DNA of 64,000 nt from Amphiscolops sp. MND2022 (lineage: Eukaryota). Below the pieces are notes generated by a model. That model worked only from the letters and a program-made list of their open reading frames with translations, had not been told where the DNA came from and ran no database searches. The DNA lies in assembly GCA_964187785.1 (NCBI GenBank), contig OZ076410.1:42966001-43030000 (forward strand). Direction: 5' to 3'. Position numbers and translations under genes: made by a program. Below, in pieces: positions 60,861 through 64,000 of this stretch. Within the stretch, counting starts at the first letter, position 1, and each line of letters opens with the position of its first letter.

Positions 60861-63021
60861 AGGAGGTTGAAATTGGTAGGACAAGTTTCGTTCTTTGTCA
60901 AATTGTAGGTATTCGGTGAGATCATCGTCTAGAAGGGGTTGTTTTCCATCATTGCAAGAGGTTTTTATTGTTACGTGGTGTTTTGTTGTGTGTTGGATCA
61001 CTGAGTTTGAGTCGATTTCGGGGTGGGTTGGTTCTTGTGGAAAATAGCTGTCTGATGCGTCATGTAAGAGTTCGTATAAGTCTTCGGGTTGGATTTCCAG
61101 AGTTAACTGTTTTGAGTTTTCTGTTGTTAAGTCAGTTCCACAGACTGATGTTTGTGTGGGTTTCGGGCCCAACTGATGCTGCCAGTCATCAGCTGGGTTC
61201 GGTTTTTGTGGTGATTTTGAGTAAAGGCGTGGCGTTCCTAGTTTAAATCTTTTGACGAGGATTGTTGGTGTCGTTCCATTTTTAGTCTGACTGGTTACTA
61301 TGCTTGATCGTAGAGTTCGATAATTTCCTTTTGTACTTCTGTCAAGTTCCATTTTGGCGGTCGATTATCCATTTTGGCACCAAAACAGCAATCTTCTTCA
61401 TCATGACCCGGGGTTTTGCAGTTGGGGGATTTGGGTGCATCCAAGTCTTCTTCAAGTTTTCGCTGTTTTGCTAAGTTGGGGCAGTCAGTCATCATGTGGC
61501 TGGCATCCTTGCAGTAACGGCATTGATCATTTTTGAGTATTTTATCAGGTACTGTTTTTGGAGTTTGTTTTTTGGCTTTGTCATTTTGTATTTTGTTGGA
61601 TTTTTCGGTGTTTTGTTCCTTTTTGGTAACTGTCATTTGGGTTTTGACGAGGGGTTCGTCTGCCTCGAGACCGTTAAGTTCCATCTCTCAAGATGTTTGA
61701 CTATTTGATCGTGTGTGCCGTTTTTGAGGTAGGCTTGATTAATTGACTTTTTAAAGTGGGGAGGCATTTTCGCATATCGCAATTTCTCTATCATTTGGTG
61801 GGCGTTATCCACAAATACTTTTTCAGCGCTTTCTCGAAGTTTTTCCAGAAAAACTGGAAGTTTCTGAATTTCTGGGTCAAATGAGAGTCTGTTGAATCTG
61901 TGCTTCGCTGATGCACTGGATTCCGGTTTCAAATATTTTCGTCTAAAGACATTGAGTATGTCTTCTAAAGTCGTGTTTGGGCTTCGTTGTATGTTCCTGA
62001 ATGTCTTGAGGGCCGAACCCCTGAGATGGGCGTACAAATGGTTAATTTTCATGTCCTCTGTTAGGTTTGGTTGCATTCGAAGTGTCGTGTGGAATAAGTC
62101 TTCCAAGTATTCAAATTTCTGATTTTCTCGTTTTTTCCGTTAAATGTTAATGTATTTTTCGGGTGAAAAATAGATTGTGAGGGGTTTTTGTTCGCCAGTT
62201 TTTCGATTGCTAAGGCGATTTGATTAACTGGGTCAAGTGGTTTTACTGTCGAGTTTGACGAGTTGTGGTCTGCGTGGGATCCTATTGTGTCATTTAGTTT
62301 CTGAGAGCTTTGTCTATGGATTTGTCGGTTGACTCCTGTCACCAAGTGATAATACTCTTCACCCGGTTCTTCGTTTGAGAGTATAGTTCGATTCATTTTG
62401 GATTAATGGTTTAGCAGGATGTTTCAATTCCTTCATTTTTGAGGCTCTAAGAGAATAATCGTCGTATTCAGAATCTGAGTTTTCGTTATTAGATGCGTGA
62501 ACTCCTATAGACATTTGTTTTCGATCCCGACGGCTGTGGGTCTTTGATTTCGTTGATTTCTGACCTTGGGTTTGTTAGAGTTGATGCACTTCTGTTGGAC
62601 TTTATTTCTTAAGGATTGTTTCAAGTTTATTTTGCATTTGTTCTCTCATCTTTTCAATCATATCATTTTTCTTTTGTTGCATGATCTGGGTCCATACACG
62701 AATTTCGTTACTCATCTGACTGGGTACAGTAAGTTGGTTCTTTAAGTTGTCTTCACCTAAACTTCCTTGAACTACAGTATTAGAAATAGTTAAAGTCTCA
62801 TTACCTGCAATGGGCGTTCCTACTTGAGTTACTTCTACTTCACTATCTGGGGAAGGAGTTTCCAATAGAAGGTCTATTACGTCTGTTCCCCATATTGCTT
62901 CGAGTGAAAAATAGTTTCTGGCGTTTGGGGAAGAACTTGATTGATCTTGTTTATTCAAAAGAACAAGATTTGAGGGTGACACAATGTTATCAAAACGTTT
63001 ACTGATGTATGAAGAGAACAA
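60858..63021 (-). pseudogene. gag: Gypsy C gag, beginning inside the 5' LTR
   Basis: FNGKNEK..FEDLFHTTLRMQPNLTEDMKINHLYAHLRGSALKTF; knuckles CRYCKDASHMMTDC and PNCKTPGHDEEDC; N-terminal coiled-coil encoded within the LTR. Confidence 0.88.
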
Positions 63022-63846
63022 CTGCCCTATCTGACGGTTGAGATTTGAATGAATCTCTCTCTCAGTTTACAATAAAACAAATCCAAGAAATACCATAACA
63101 CTCCTTTTTTACCATAGTCATTAATGAAAAAGACAAAAAGAATTACGTCAAGATAACGTCATATTATTTATAGCACAACTCATTTACGCAACGTTCGAAG
63201 TATGGTTAAGGAAAAGACTAGAGAAACCCTGGGAATTACCTAGAATATAGTATAGAATGTATTTGGGATGTTTCCAAATAGCACTAGTTCACGTATTCAC
63301 GTTATATAGTTGGTCCTCCTGGAAACTACTCATTCAGCAGGATGCCGCATAGTGTCTCTGTAAAAAGCGTATAGTGACCAGTATGCGTCACACCTCGAAA
63401 CGTATTATGCCGCATAATGGCGTGGACAATTCCGCATGGTGACGAATATACGTCACTCATCGATCCGCATGGTGCCCCATAGTGGTACTAGTGGTACCAT
63501 GCTAAGATGAAATTTACTATATGGGGACGATTTCAAATGTTTTAAAGCTTCCAAGTTAAATCGTTTGAGACTAGGGCGACTCGTTGTGTGGGTGAATAAG
63601 TTCTCCCAATGAAGTTTTAATGTCCAATAGCAACATTGGAAAAAAGTTTCATTCAAGGCAAACATTATATAAATATCATATTTACATGACTTCTTGAAAA
63701 ACTAACAGAAAAACAAAACAAAATGCTAGTTCGTTGGCTTAAAGGTTTGATTCACATTGTAGCTTTGAGAATTGTTGTGGCTGTCATCTTGTTTGGCTTC
63801 GGTCACTGATGCGCCACGGCTCCCACGCAACTCCTGGGTTACGACA
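62345..63846 (-). repeat. 5' LTR of gypsy C (1502 bp)
   Basis: TGTCGTAAC start on minus, end TATCACT (CA mutated), immediately followed by the PBS. Confidence 0.93.
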
Positions 63847-64000
63847 GGTGTAATTCTACAAGATTTACCACCGGATTCCTACTGAATTTTCTTCGTTTTA
63901 TAAAAAATTACCCTGCATGCAGGCGTGCAGCATGTAAAAAGTTCAAGCAGATTCAACTAGGGCCAGTTGCATTACCTTGTTGTTATCATATTGCATTGAA

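Larger units (their letters stand above)
52976..63846 (-). mobile_element. Gypsy element C: TSD-flanked LTR element with tandemly amplified RT-RNase H and no integrase
   Basis: LTRs 52976-54513 and 62345-63846, perfect 5-bp TSD GGTGT (52971-52975, 63847-63851), PBS TGGTGACAGGAGT (62332-62344). Confidence 0.95.

Noticed and set aside
1-64000. CRISPR arrays, rRNA genes or prokaryotic operons
   Set aside because: No regularly spaced repeat-spacer arrays, rRNA-like sequence or operon-like gene density; content is eukaryotic TE-derived.

Overview
AT-rich eukaryotic window, almost certainly from an animal genome (BEL/Pao, Tc1 and env-bearing gypsy elements); the species cannot be fixed from sequence alone. 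No intact host gene was recognised. The window is a nest of transposable elements. In order: a hAT-like MITE (1033-1467); a decayed Ty1/copia (~3.7-6.9 kb); a decayed Tc1; an old env-bearing gypsy element A (10410-32275, minus) interrupted by a full-length BEL/Pao element (14507-23167, plus); a second decayed BEL (~34.6-37.9 kb); and two TSD-flanked gypsy elements with 1.5-1.7 kb LTRs, B (39344-50377) and C (52976-63846), both minus. The main result is accessory cargo. The BEL element carries a JmjC (Fe(II)/2-oxoglutarate oxygenase) gene antisense inside each LTR, with an intact HxD...H triad in the 3' LTR copy. Gypsy A carries a second, divergent, decayed KDM2/KDM7-like JmjC gene antisense between pol and env. 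Gypsy B carries an antisense, intron-containing BED-finger/hAT-like gene in the equivalent slot. B and C also share a conserved Cys-rich 3' ORF that runs over the PPT into the LTR. The working hypothesis (inference only) is retrotransposon-encoded chromatin anti-silencing factors. All coordinates and alignments were derived by eye from the sequence and ORF track; no database searches were run.
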